Source: Spirogloea muscicola
Lineage: Eukaryota
DNA length: 53,609 bases
Reading direction: 5' to 3'
Assembly (NCBI GenBank): GCA_009602725.1
Contig: WELB01000019.1
Span: 551,481 to 605,089 of the forward strand
Within the stretch, counting starts at the first letter, position 1, and each line of letters begins with the position of its first letter. The position numbers were made by a program, and so were the translations under genes. The notes under the pieces are model-generated. The model saw only the letters and a program-made list of their open reading frames with translations. It ran no database searches and was not told the DNA's origin. Of the stretch, positions 1 through 21,447 are shown piece by piece.

Positions 1-204
1 CTTTCGTGGCGGCGCTCCAGCTCCCCAAGTTAGCTTGTCAGATTTGTTTGTGCTCACCCGTGGGTACTAATGTCATCTTAGGTACCTTAGATTAGGTCTC
101 CGTATTATGTAGCATTGTTTAGTCTGCACTCGACTCTGCCTGAACAATGTATTGGCTTGAATTGGCCTCCCTTTCAATTCATGCGCCCCGCGCGCCTTCT
201 CTCT
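1..204 (+). mobile_element. 3' end of CRE-like non-LTR retrotransposon, subfamily C (ORF terminus + 3' UTR + (CT)n tail)
   Basis: Translates ...RGGAPAPQVSLSDLFVLTRGY* (TAA 68-70), matching the intact element's C-terminus SYSDLMLLTRGY*. Bases 35-205 recur at 23992-24162 with one visible mismatch. Confidence 0.8.
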
Positions 205-254
205 TTCGGGCTGGTTGTTCCAGCCCCTATTCTCAATGGGCGAGCACTTTCTTC
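205..254 (+). repeat. Terminal ~50-nt hairpin motif of type-A retroelement 3' UTR
   Basis: ttcgggctggttgttccagcccctattctcaatgggcgagcactttcttc; same string at ~21753-21802; homologous to 42415-42460. Confidence 0.8.
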
Positions 255-577
255 CCACCTTCTGTATGCACCCTTTTTGGACGTTTAGCCCAAAAAGGGT
301 GGGACAAGGTCTGAGAGGGCCGTACACAAGGATACCAAGGATGGAAAACATGAACCCCCAGATTCGTTCGTCGCCCGGGCGGGCCTGCTTGACGCCGCTG
401 CCGCGGGCCCCGCCGCAGTCAGGCTCGGCGCCACCGCGGCGCCCGCCTTCCCGCGCCTGGAGCTGGCCACTAGGCCTCAGTCTCTCGTCGAAGGTGCGGC
501 CGTCGCCGCCGTCGCCGCCGCAGCCGTCGCCGTGGCGGCTGCCGCTGCCGCTGCCGCTGCCGGCTGGCGGCCACGGG

Positions 578-1074
578 ATGACCGCGCGGCCGTCGGCGCG
601 CTACTCTGCCCTGTCCACCGAGGACGGGGACGCAACGCGGCGGCCGCCATACGCGGCATCGGCTTCCGCGGGCGATTCGTGGGATGACCAAGGGCCCGCC
701 GCCAGGGACAAGCGATACAGCTACGAGCTGCGGGACCGTGTGCCGTGGCGGTCCGTCTTGCTGGCGGCCGGGCTGCTGCTCCTCGGAGTCCTGCTGCTCA
801 CGCTCTCGTACCTCATATCGACCAAGCACATGGGCGGCGACAAGTCCCAAAGCCTCGGCTTCCTTGCCCTCGGTGCACTGGCATTCCTCCCAGGTCCGTG
901 GCTGCACCTGGCGCACTGCCAAGCCCAGGTCTTCCATCCACAGCGCACAGGCCACATGCTGACGTGCAACAGGCGGGACTTTCGCTGCCTGCAGGTTTTT
1001 ACGAGCTTCGCATAGCATACTACGCCTGGCGGGGCCGCGAGGGCTACTCCTTTTCCCACATCCCGACCTACTGA
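578..1074 (+). CDS. TMEM230: Transmembrane protein 230-like (DUF872), 2 exons (578-893, 995-1074)
   Basis: VPWRSVLLAAGLLLLGVLLL...GFLALGALAFLPG|FYELRIAYYAWRGREGYSFSHIP matches the TMEM230 signature; GT-AG intron. Confidence 0.9.
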
Positions 1075-1716
1075 GGCACTGCTTGCGGGCGGCCCATTCG
1101 ATTTTGCACACAGGTGGTCTACCAGCCTCCACTCTACTCAATGCACTTATAACCTGGCACAATCAGAAGGAGCCCTGTGACGTCTTGGAGCTCGTGTGAG
1201 GACCGTGTGTCTGGAGCTCATAGCGCCAGGAGGCATAGCATGAACAGATTTGCAACATGCTCGACGGCACACTGACCATCTGCTGTCCTCGATGCGGGGC
1301 TAAGATGGGAAGACAACACAGTACAACTGTAACATAATTCGTGACCTTACTTGCACATCTTATGGTCAGCCCGGTAGTTTGTCACAAAAGAGCCTGTGCA
1401 TGGGTGCTTGTCAAGCACCCATTTTGTGACGTGGAAAATTAAAAAGTGGCTTCGAGAGACTGACACGTGGGGACCTGTAAGTGGAGTCTAGAATCCTACC
1501 ACATTACATAACCAGCACAAGCAATCCATATAATGTACGGCAAAGTGGCTCAACTTCCTCAGATACACGGAATGTCCTGAGCGAGGCTGAATCATCTGCA
1601 TAATTTGACATTCACAGATGACTGCCATGAAGAATTGTGGGAGGCAAAGAATGGGGTGGTGTTACAGGTAGCCCGAGTCAGGAGGCATCTATTTGGAGTA
1701 GCTGGAGCCACCGTCA

Positions 1717-3938
1717 CTACATCAGCCTACTGCCGATAGGGTCCACTCTGAAGTCAACCGCCAAAAGACTTTGGCTCACTGGTAGGACCCACTTTTTCAG
1801 GACCTGTAAATGAGGCAGACAGGACTTGATCAGGTTATGGCTCAGGCCATCTTCCAAGCCTGCATGGTGCGCTGAAGACCAGGTCTTCAGAGGCTCTAAC
1901 TAGTCATCACAGATGTGAGTTGTATGGTAGCAAGCCAATGAGCCTTGCTCAAGGCACTTTCCAGAAGCATGAGACTCCTGACAATGACCAGAAAGAGATA
2001 TTGGGTGTCATCTATCACATGTATCGCACCTCACGATGAGAGGGGTGTTTGTTGTATGCCTGTAGATCCTCGTCTGGGTAAGATCCACCGCCCTGGTGAT
2101 TTTTGGGTATCTTGACAAACCAAAAGGTTTCAAGGACATCTTACAGAGATTGCCTTCTCTGATTCTGGATAACATAGATTTGCAGACAACGTCCAGGGAT
2201 GAGTTTACCTGACGGCACACGCACAACTAGACCATGCGTGTATCCTTGGCTCTGCTTTGCGAAGTTGGTGCCTGTGCCATGAAGCATTCATAGCACAAAT
2301 CCTAAGATCAGTTGTTCCTCCTCACTGCTAAGCAGGCACTTGAGTTTTAGGAATAGAACGACAAGGACATGCTGCTCACGAGGCACTCACCTGTGGTAAG
2401 CTGCACCACATTATCGCCAATTTTAGAAGGCAGCTCTGCTAATGCTTCTACCATTGCTTGTGAGTCCTCCTTGCTGGTGCCCTCCTTCACCCTCACCAGC
2501 ACGATATGCTCAATGCCAGCCTCAAATGCCTGTACATCCATGTATCGGCCTTGTCAGCAATATACAGATTACATAGGACTCTGGTGTGAATCAAAAGGAT
2601 CTCGATAACAGTCAATTATGTTTGACACTTTGCCTTGAGCTGCCAAGCCAGCAAACTCACATCCATGAGCGAGTCGCATGCAGACATTTTTATGCTTCTA
2701 GCGACCTGAGAAGACGATGAAAGGCTGCACCTTTTAGATGCAGCAAGTTGACGTGAAATATGGAGCGTCAGGACAGGTGTGCATGCTTACGTCACCCCTC
2801 CTGAAGAGCGCCTCAATGTCTTCCTCTACCTCACTCTCAAAGTCAACAATGAGAACATCCTGCAACACACACATTGTTGATCATTAAATTGGAGGAGATT
2901 GAAGATGAAGGATTGAAGAAGAAGATAGCATGTTCAACACGCCCAGTGGCCTGGCAAGGTTTGCGCTAATATCATAGGTGATGCACTTGGGGATCCTCAC
3001 TTCAAGATACGGATTCACATATTGTTTTAGGATCTCCTGTTGGTGAGGTAGCTCATAGTACTCAGAGAGAGCCTTCTGGGAGGGAAAGCGTACGAGCAGA
3101 GCATGAGTGAACCCTTTGGAGTTTCTTGAGTGTATTCGGCCTGCCAATACCAGTCAGGAAGTTTTCTAGCGTGTGAACGTACAGTCGTTGTCAGAAAGTG
3201 CACTGTAAGGGGCGTTGCAGGCACAAGAGGGCGGCTGGTTGAACCAACAAATAATGACCAACTCAAGTTGGCTTGACTGACTCAAGTCTGCAGCATTCAT
3301 ATGCAACTCGGTCCAACAAATTTGCTAGAATACATCACCAGCTTCCTTGCAAGTTGGTCTGCTGCTGCACATGCAGCCACGCGCAATAACCAGACTCTCA
3401 CCCAATGATGTCGATAAGATGTATCGGTAGTAGTATTGCAGCGTGAAGAGGTGGTCAAGCATCTCTGACTCCTGCTCGTCAGTCAAGTTGTCCTGCATCT
3501 GCAGCAGCACAACATGCTCCACGATGCCTCTGCAAGAGGCAACGTGCATCTCGTGGGAAACCTTTCAGTACTGAAAAGCGCACTGGCCAGGTTAACCCTC
3601 ATGCACAAGCCTACGATGTCATAAGGAGCATATCGAAGGCATCAAGTCACGACCACACGTCATGCGCCTGTCCATGGGTCATCAAGTTGTCAAGAGCAGG
3701 GAGATGCGCACCTCATCTTTTTCTGGGGCCTACAGTCCACCTTGTCGAAAGCGTCACTTGGCATCTCTGATCTCGAACTTGCTTGAGAAGTGAGGCCATG
3801 CTTGTTCGCAACTCTCTCCAGTCTGAAGCGCGGGGCTGGCGAAATAGCAGAGTGCACATTGCGTCGTCTGAATGTCTGGCCAGTCAGTGCGGACTGCTTG
3901 CATTCTTGGACAAGCACTCTGGAACTGCCAGATGACAT
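1717..3938 (-). CDS. Stress-responsive A/B barrel (Dabb) two-domain protein with probable plastid transit peptide, multi-exon; start uncertain
   Basis: Exons give IVEHVVLLQM...SLG|RIHSRNSKGFTHALLVRFPS...|DVLIVDFESEVEEDIEALFRRGD|AFEAGIEHIVLVRVKEG...QLTTG|TNFAKQSQGYTHGLVVR|EDLQAYNKHPSHRE|VLKKWVLPVSQSLLAVDF; two Dabb repeats. Confidence 0.85.
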
Positions 3939-4905
3939 GTGTGATTTGCAGAGACATTGCGAGTTGTCGAGCTTCAGCTGCAAGCGCTTTCAATGCAGGC
4001 CTAATTTCAGAGGCCTGCAATGCTTGGGCCTAAGGGCAACTCAAGGAGAGGACCGGGAGCAACGCATTGGCACTGGTGCTGCACCTGCTTGCCTGGTCAA
4101 GGGCCCCCAGCCTCGGATTTGCCGGCACTCAGCCTGACTTTTGACAGTAGCTCTGCTTCTGGACCTGGTGGGCCTGCAGCCGGCCAAGCTGCAGCAGTGG
4201 GGCCTTGCAAGCCTCGCCACCGTCGAGGGCATGGGCGCCACCGTCTGGGTGAGCGAGGCTGGTGGCGCCACTTCCGCTTGCACTGCCACCATGCCAGCGC
4301 AGCTATATCTCCCGTCACCGAGTCCGCGCCAGGCTGCTTGCAGCGTCTGCGGCACTCCTTCTGCAACTGCCACTGGCGTTGCCCGCTGGCGACGGCAATG
4401 GTGCTGGAGCGCCGGTGTCAAACAGATATTCCTATCGTAGTAACTACGACAGCCCTGAAAATGACCCGTTAACTTAGACATCAGCAGGGATGCAAAGTAA
4501 GATACATGTTGAGCCAAAGGGAAGACAAATAGAGGCTCAATTAGTGGCCGCGGTGTAAATTATAATCTAGTCACCTGCCAGACCTATCGGCATCGCCATC
4601 TGCAAAGGCCGTTGCGCTACTTGCCCGCCTCCCGCGGACCACGCTCGAACGCCACGGACGCGGGCGACAGGGGCTCCTGTGCGCAGCTGCGTCCACTTGA
4701 CAACGCCGACGCGAAAGTTTGGCTAATACTTGGCTGTGACACTAGTCAACAGCAATTTGGGACCCCAATCCCGCAACAAGCAGCACATGAAAGCGCGATG
4801 TCGTCATGAAGCCTTGCAATTCGCCGCGATCATCCACGAGCGACACGCGGATCCTGCATGGCCAGTTGCAGTGGTTCTTGAAGGAGTCTGATCAAGGGCA
4901 GCACT

Positions 4906-15370
<10,465 letters not shown>

Positions 15371-16372
15371 ATTTAAGGCGATGGAGTATGAGAGATTGCA
15401 GCCTGTGCAAAGGCACATATGTCCGAGTCTTCAAGGAGCACAGGAGCCCCCCGACTCTTGTCAAATCTCAATAGATAGGCTGCAATCCACCTTATTACCG
15501 GAAGCTTTTGCTATCCTAGCACTGACATACTGTGGCTAGCGAGAGGGGTCCCGTACATTGTTTTTGATCTGCTGCACTCAACAGCATGAGGCTTGCACCT
15601 CATTAACCGGAATACTGTGCACTAGGCGGCTTTGGGCCCTCTGCTCATGCACAGCACTGCAGAGGCGTCTGCATGAGGTGGCGCATACATTGCTACGGTT
15701 GTGCTCTATACTCGGGAAGCACATCAGCTGACGTTGCAGTGGAAGTTGTTGGCTGAAAACCCAGGTAGATTGATGCTTGACATTGACTGTGCAGGTACGT
15801 CACTGCAAGTACGTCAGGACAGGACAGTGGGGATGCACAACCTTTACCACCACAACCATGTGACAGACCTGATACAACCCAAGTCCCTGAGACTGGAGCC
15901 AAGCAGACCCTGGCCTTGGTGTGATGATAGCCACTACCACTTACTGCAACGACCCTCAGCATGCTGCCATCTGGACAACCTCACAAAGTTTACACATCAA
16001 CGACTTGCAGACTCAGCATCAGTCTTAAAATCAGATTGTTGCGTCACGCAATAGACTGACGGCTGACAGAAGACTCAGAAATGTGGGGCAACGTGCATTG
16101 ATCAAACATAGGCTCACAGAGCAAGGCACCAGGAGCAACAATATGGAGGGTTTTTTGCATCAGGGGGTGGGCGTGACGCCCCCTCCCACTTGGCAAGGTG
16201 AGAGGCGGGGCTCTTTACAGTGGCCGAGTGGCGCTTGGCCCGCAACAAACACGCTCCGCCAAGGAGGCTGATGGACAGGCGAGAGGCCAGGGCGAGAGAG
16301 GGGGAGGGAGACGGGGCGGAGCAGCGGCGGGGCGCCAAGGTCTCCGCGGCAACGGCACGGCTGCCGCTGTGC

Positions 16373-16868
16373 TCACATCTCAATGACCCGCTTGCCCGTG
16401 AATCGGACCTCGGCGGGGTTGGCGTTCTTGCCGATGGACCGCAGGTTGATGTTGGTGCCTTGCCGGCCGGCGTTGACCTTCTCCGGGTACACGCCGTCCT
16501 TGGGGTGGAGGTACTGCACCTCGCCGGACGGGAAGACGCGGTAGAACTGGTAGTCGATCTTGAACTTGGTCTTGAGCTGCGTGCCGAGCGCCAGGCACTG
16601 CTCCTTGCGCGCGAGCTTGAGCAGGTTGGGGCCGGAGCGCATGATGGCGGCGCCGCCAGTCGGCAGCTCGAAGATCTGCTCCTTCTTGCCCTCCCACGTG
16701 ATCACGTAGAACTCCTCCACCTGCGCCTTGCGCAGCAGCCCGCCGGTGCTGCCGCCGAAGATGGGCGACGGCGTGTCCGGCTTCAGCTGCGGCGGCGTGA
16801 ACCCCTGCGGCGCGGTCGCGTCCGCCGCGCGCACCGCGGCCAGGCGCTGCCGGCTCACGGCCGCCGCT
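16373..16868 (-). CDS. PSAD: Photosystem I subunit II (PsaD), intronless visible part; start lies in the N gap
   Basis: [26 protein letters not shown]...[33 protein letters not shown]...[27 protein letters not shown]. Confidence 0.97.
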
Positions 16869-17049
16869 NNNNNNNNNNNNNNNNNNNNNNNNNNNNNNNN
16901 NNNNNNNNNNNNNNNNNNNNNNNNNNNNNNNNNNNNNNNNNNNNNNNNNNNNNNNNNNNNNNNNNNNNNNNNNNNNNNNNNNNNNNNNNNNNNNNNNNNN
17001 NNNNNNNNNNNNNNNNNCCCGGGGAGGGGGGTGCCGCCCCCCCCCGCGC

Positions 17050-17445
17050 CGGAGGGAGGATAAGGGCCCCCGCGCGGCGCCCCCATTGGCTCGCCGGCCC
17101 CATCCGCAGCGCGGCCCGCCAATTGGGCCGCTCCCGCCCGGCGGGCCCCCGCCTACGTGGCTGCCAGCGCGGCGAGGCCCCGCCAGCGTGGTGCGCCCTT
17201 CCGCCTGAATCTTTCCTGGCTGGACATCAACGTGGCCGCCAACGGGGCGCCCCCCAGTCACGTGGCGCCGCCGTCCACCGTGGCGCCCTGCCGTCCGACG
17301 TGGCGCCGACGGGCGGGGAGCCTGGTCCAGCGTGGCCGCGGCCGCCGACGTGGTGGCCATCTGGCGCCACGTGGTGAGGCTGACACGCGGCGCGCCGTGC
17401 ATGCATGGGCCCGGCAGGGGGGTCGCCTCCCCGAGACGTGGCCCG
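17050..17445. promoter_or_regulatory. Divergent promoter with ABRE/G-box cluster, CE3-like site, RY element and I-box
   Basis: ACGTGG at 17155, 17230, 17260, 17298, 17348, 17369, 17436; ACACGCGGC 17383; CATGCATG 17400-17407; GATAAG 17059; CCAAT 17119. Confidence 0.7.
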
Positions 17446-17542
17446 CCACAGCCATTCTACGTTTACCGCGGTCTCCAGTTCCCGCCGCCGCCGCCGCGCC
17501 GCTCGCCTCCGCGGCGATCGCCCGCTGGGAGGCGGCCGCAGT

Positions 17543-19126
17543 ATGAGCTCCGAGCAGGAGGCGAGGCCGCCCCCGGAGCAGCAGCAGCAGGGGCGGGAGC
17601 GCGAGGAGCCCGCGGCGGCGCAGGAGGAGCGGCAGGCGCAGCAGGCGGGCGCGGAGGGGCAGCAGGGGCAGCAGCAGGCGCCGGCGATGCAGCCCGGCGG
17701 CGGGCAGCAGAGCCCCGCCGGCCCGCCTCCGAAGCCGGACACGCAGGAGGAGGTGCGTGCGCGCCCGGCACAAGCGCTGCTGACTTCCAGGACGTCGTGT
17801 ATGCACTTAGAAGCGCGACACCGGAAGAGTCTTCGCCGAGGCCTCTCACCACGTTCTATATATGAAGTTTCCCAGATGGCACCATGCAAGCAACAAGTAA
17901 CAAAGGGGCAAGCGTAGTCCCCACGCTGTTGCTCAAGTGCTGCTCAAGTGGCGGTCGTGACTGTGGCTTACTGAACGAGCTCCCCGGCATTCGTGTGCAC
18001 CCAGGCGCGCGTAGCTGCCAAGGAGGCCTTCCAGGCGCAGCAGGCGGCGCAGGATGCGCTCAAGGAGGCGTACATGAAGCAGACGGCGGCGCAGGAGAAG
18101 GCGCAGCAGGCGGCGGCGCAGACTATCGCGCAGCAGGAGACTGCCAAGGAGGCGGCCACGATGACCGCTCGCCAGGCCGCCAGGGAGGCCGCCGCGCAGC
18201 AGAAGGGCGCGGACCAGCAGCAGCTTGACCAGACTGCTGTCCAGCAGGTGCTCCTTGGACGTCATAGCCTTGGCAGCTGCTTTCCCTTAACTTCATATAC
18301 CTCGCCTTTGCTAATACCTTAATAAGTAATTTCAGCATTTCCTGGCTGTGAGAGGTGTGAGCTCGGGTTGCCAGTGTTGATCTTTACTTACAAGAGCTTG
18401 CAGAGTTGATTCATTCTTGCTTTGCAGGCTGTTGCCCATCAAGCTGCACAGCAGGCAGTTTCGCTGCAGGCCGCCCAGTTGCCCAGCCAGCCCGCTGCAG
18501 TGCAGCCGGCTGCACCATTGGTGGTCGCTGCCCCTCAAGCTCAGGTAGTTGGCACGGTCCTAAGCTCGACAATGGCCCTCCCATGCTCCTCTGAGCTCAG
18601 GCCTGTACTCATTTGACCCAGCCTCATTTCCAGCTTTCCTTTTCAATACTAGGTGCCTGCACAGCCCCCCACAGCTGGGACGCAAGGGGAGCCAAGCAGT
18701 CAACAGAAGGCCGTGCTTGACGCCGCAAACCAGGCAGCCGCGGCAGCCTCGACGCAGATGACGATGGCCACTCAAGCTGCTGCCGGCACTGCAGACCCTG
18801 CCATCAAGCAGGTATGTAATTACTGGTACACATTTTCATCTCTGTGGCGACTATGTTTACTTGCTTGTGACATTCACAGGAGGACCACCTCATTTAACAA
18901 GGTTGTGGTCCAAGTCAGCATTGCTGAGCTGCATCTACATCTACTTCATTTGCAGGCTGCAGCCGGCCAGGCTCAACCTGCCCAGCAGCAGATGGGCGTT
19001 GCTCAGCAGATGGCAGTCGCTGCTCAGGACCAGTCTACTGCTACCGCTGCCTTGGCTGCAATCCAGAAGCAGTCGGTAGGGGAGGCCAGCAATCCAGGCG
19101 CGTCGGCAGAGATGCAAATTGGCTAG
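17543..19126 (+). CDS. Gln/Ala-rich intrinsically disordered, LEA-like protein (299 aa, 5 exons)
   Basis: Exons 17543-17752, 18005-18247, 18428-18544, 18653-18811, 18956-19126 are joined by phase-0 GT-AG introns into 900 nt. No Cys or Trp; helical A/Q/K/E segment AAKEAFQAQQAAQDALKEAYMKQTAAQEKAQQAA. Confidence 0.8.
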
Positions 19127-20063
19127 CTGTGTCACACTCATGTGGCCCTAGCTTGCCTCTTAACATTGTCGCACCTGCTATTGACCTATACCATGCAGGA
19201 GTTTACCTTTTCCACATGCAGGCCAGACACTGTTATAGAGAGTGGTGCAATGGTCTGCATGCATTGACCGGATGCTGTCAAGCAACTCAACTGTCTTTTT
19301 GATAGCCAGTCGAAGGACAGTAAGAGCTGACCTAAGGTTGCTATTAGAGCAGAGATCATGTGAGCGTCGCAGCAGGCAATCGTTGGTAGCAACCTTCCAG
19401 CCTCTGCGAGTGAAGGGCCAGAGGAATTATGCATATAGCTTCCTTGCAACCTCACGTTTTTCCACAGCTGCACTCTGTGCGCTGATGAGCTCACAGGTCG
19501 ACGCATATCTACTATCATACAGACTGCTACAGGAAGTGCAAAAAATCGAGCAGAACACCTCTTCTTGTGCTTGGAGCTCTTTATGATGCAGGAGCAACTT
19601 CATTCCAGCCTTAGCTATCTTCCTCACTCTGCAATGTACTGGCTGCCTGTCCTTAAAGTTGCAAGTGAAAGCAGCAAGACTGACTGGACTTACAGTACAT
19701 GCCTAACATCAGTGTCTGACCTGACCGCCAGGCCTGTGTCACTGTCCTGCACTGGACAGTGATGACATGCATTCTGAAGCCGTACATCCTAATGTTTACC
19801 GCTTCTTGTAGCCGTGAGCCAAAGCAGACCAGCCTGACCTACGAAGCTAGTGCAAGTCTGAATTTTTATGTGATGAGCTTGCAGCTACAACAGATTATTC
19901 GCTAGAAAGGGATTTTGCATCTTATAGATTGAATCATGTCAAGGGCTATGTCCTTGACAACAGAATAACTCCACCTTCATAACCAGCTACAAACCTGTGT
20001 ATTGTCACGCAATTTACTTTCTGCTGACTCTGCTGTGGAACCCTTGGCATTTGCAGGCTCACT

Positions 20064-21447
20064 TCAAGCAGCCCACGCCCTAGCATCCAGGTCGTCTATG
20101 TCACCGCGGTGACGCCTGTGGTACAAGGGGCCATCCTCGGGTCCTGGCGCAGGCTCCGGGGGAGGTGCCGGAGGAAGCGCTGGCGGGAAGTCTGAGTTCC
20201 AGATGGCCCACGTGAATGCCCACCGCTTGCGACGGTCGTTGCTATCGTTGCACAACTTGCCATCACCAGTGCAGATGGGAAATTTCTGCCAATTTTGTAC
20301 CAGCTTGCCAGCGTCCAGCAATTTGTTGCTCTCACGACTGCATGCATTATGTTAGGCCAATCAGTGATGGGATAAGAGGTGCCTTCATTGTCTGAAAGAC
20401 AGCAAGTGACCCCAGAGACTGCAGTATAGTTGAAGGAACTGGAAGACAGCCACGGACTTTGGCATGTATGCTGCATTGTCAGCTTCTCATTGAGGAGGGA
20501 AGAGGGAGGACGTGCCCTGTGACATTGAAGCTGCTGACAGTGATGGCCGCGTACTTGTCATTGCTCCATTTGCGCACCTTGGCTAAAGTGATGTCCTCTA
20601 TGAGCACCTGACACTCGACGCAGTGCCGCAGCATGCAATGAGGCAACAATACATCCGAAATCCAAGAAGAGCTGCTGAGTGCAGATCGTGAACAACGATC
20701 TACTGACTGTTCAAGATCTTGAGCAAGCAGCCTCGAGATCGTCAGCGGGGAATGCAGGTACTCTAAGTCATGGACTCAGGGTCAGACAGTCGGAAGTTGC
20801 TGCCACCGCATGCGAGTAGCAAGACGTGGGTCTCACCGAGAGCGTCACGTTGTGCTTGTGGTGCAGGAGCTTCCCAAGCAGCGCAGCCTTCTCCTCGAAG
20901 GTCGTGAGAACGCGGGCGCGCGCCCCGGGCGGCAGCAGCAGCACCATCGGCGCGAAGATGGAGACAGCGCTGCCCCGTGCCACAGTCAAAAAGCGCAGGT
21001 AAGCTCTCTGTGGTGAGCCCCAGGCAGGTCCTCCATTGATCGAGGACGTAGCAAACGACATCAACCATGATTGCCGGAACATTGGCACTCATCGCCAGGC
21101 AGCTCACGGAGGCTCAATCAGGAGGGCGGCGGCGGCATTGGCGGCAGCGGCGGCGGCGGTGGCTGAGACGGGCATGCGGCGCGGCATGCGGACCTGTAGA
21201 GGTCGTGATCCTCCAGGGCCGCCTCGAAGCTCTCCCACCGCTCCTCAATCTCCCGCTTGATGTGACTCACTTTGGGGTCCGCCAGCACTGCGGCAGGGAA
21301 AGCAGCGCTCGCCTCGGCAATGCTGATGCTGTCGCTGCTGGGCAGCGGGTTTGGGCTTGGGGTTCAGGGGGTGCCGTCGAGGCGCTCACCTGGCAGCGCC
21401 TGCAGGGCCAGCGCGAGCACCAAGGCCAGCGCCGCGGCGGCGGCCAT
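20064..21447 (-). CDS. Putative secreted protein of unknown function (signal peptide, Pro-rich C-terminus), multi-exon
   Basis: MAAAAALALVLALALQALPVLADPK signal peptide; later exons AVSIFAPMVLLLPPG...HKHNVTLS, VLIEDITLAKVRKWSNDKY..., ...WAFTWAIWNSDFPPALPPAPPPEPAP; splice phases consistent. Confidence 0.6.
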
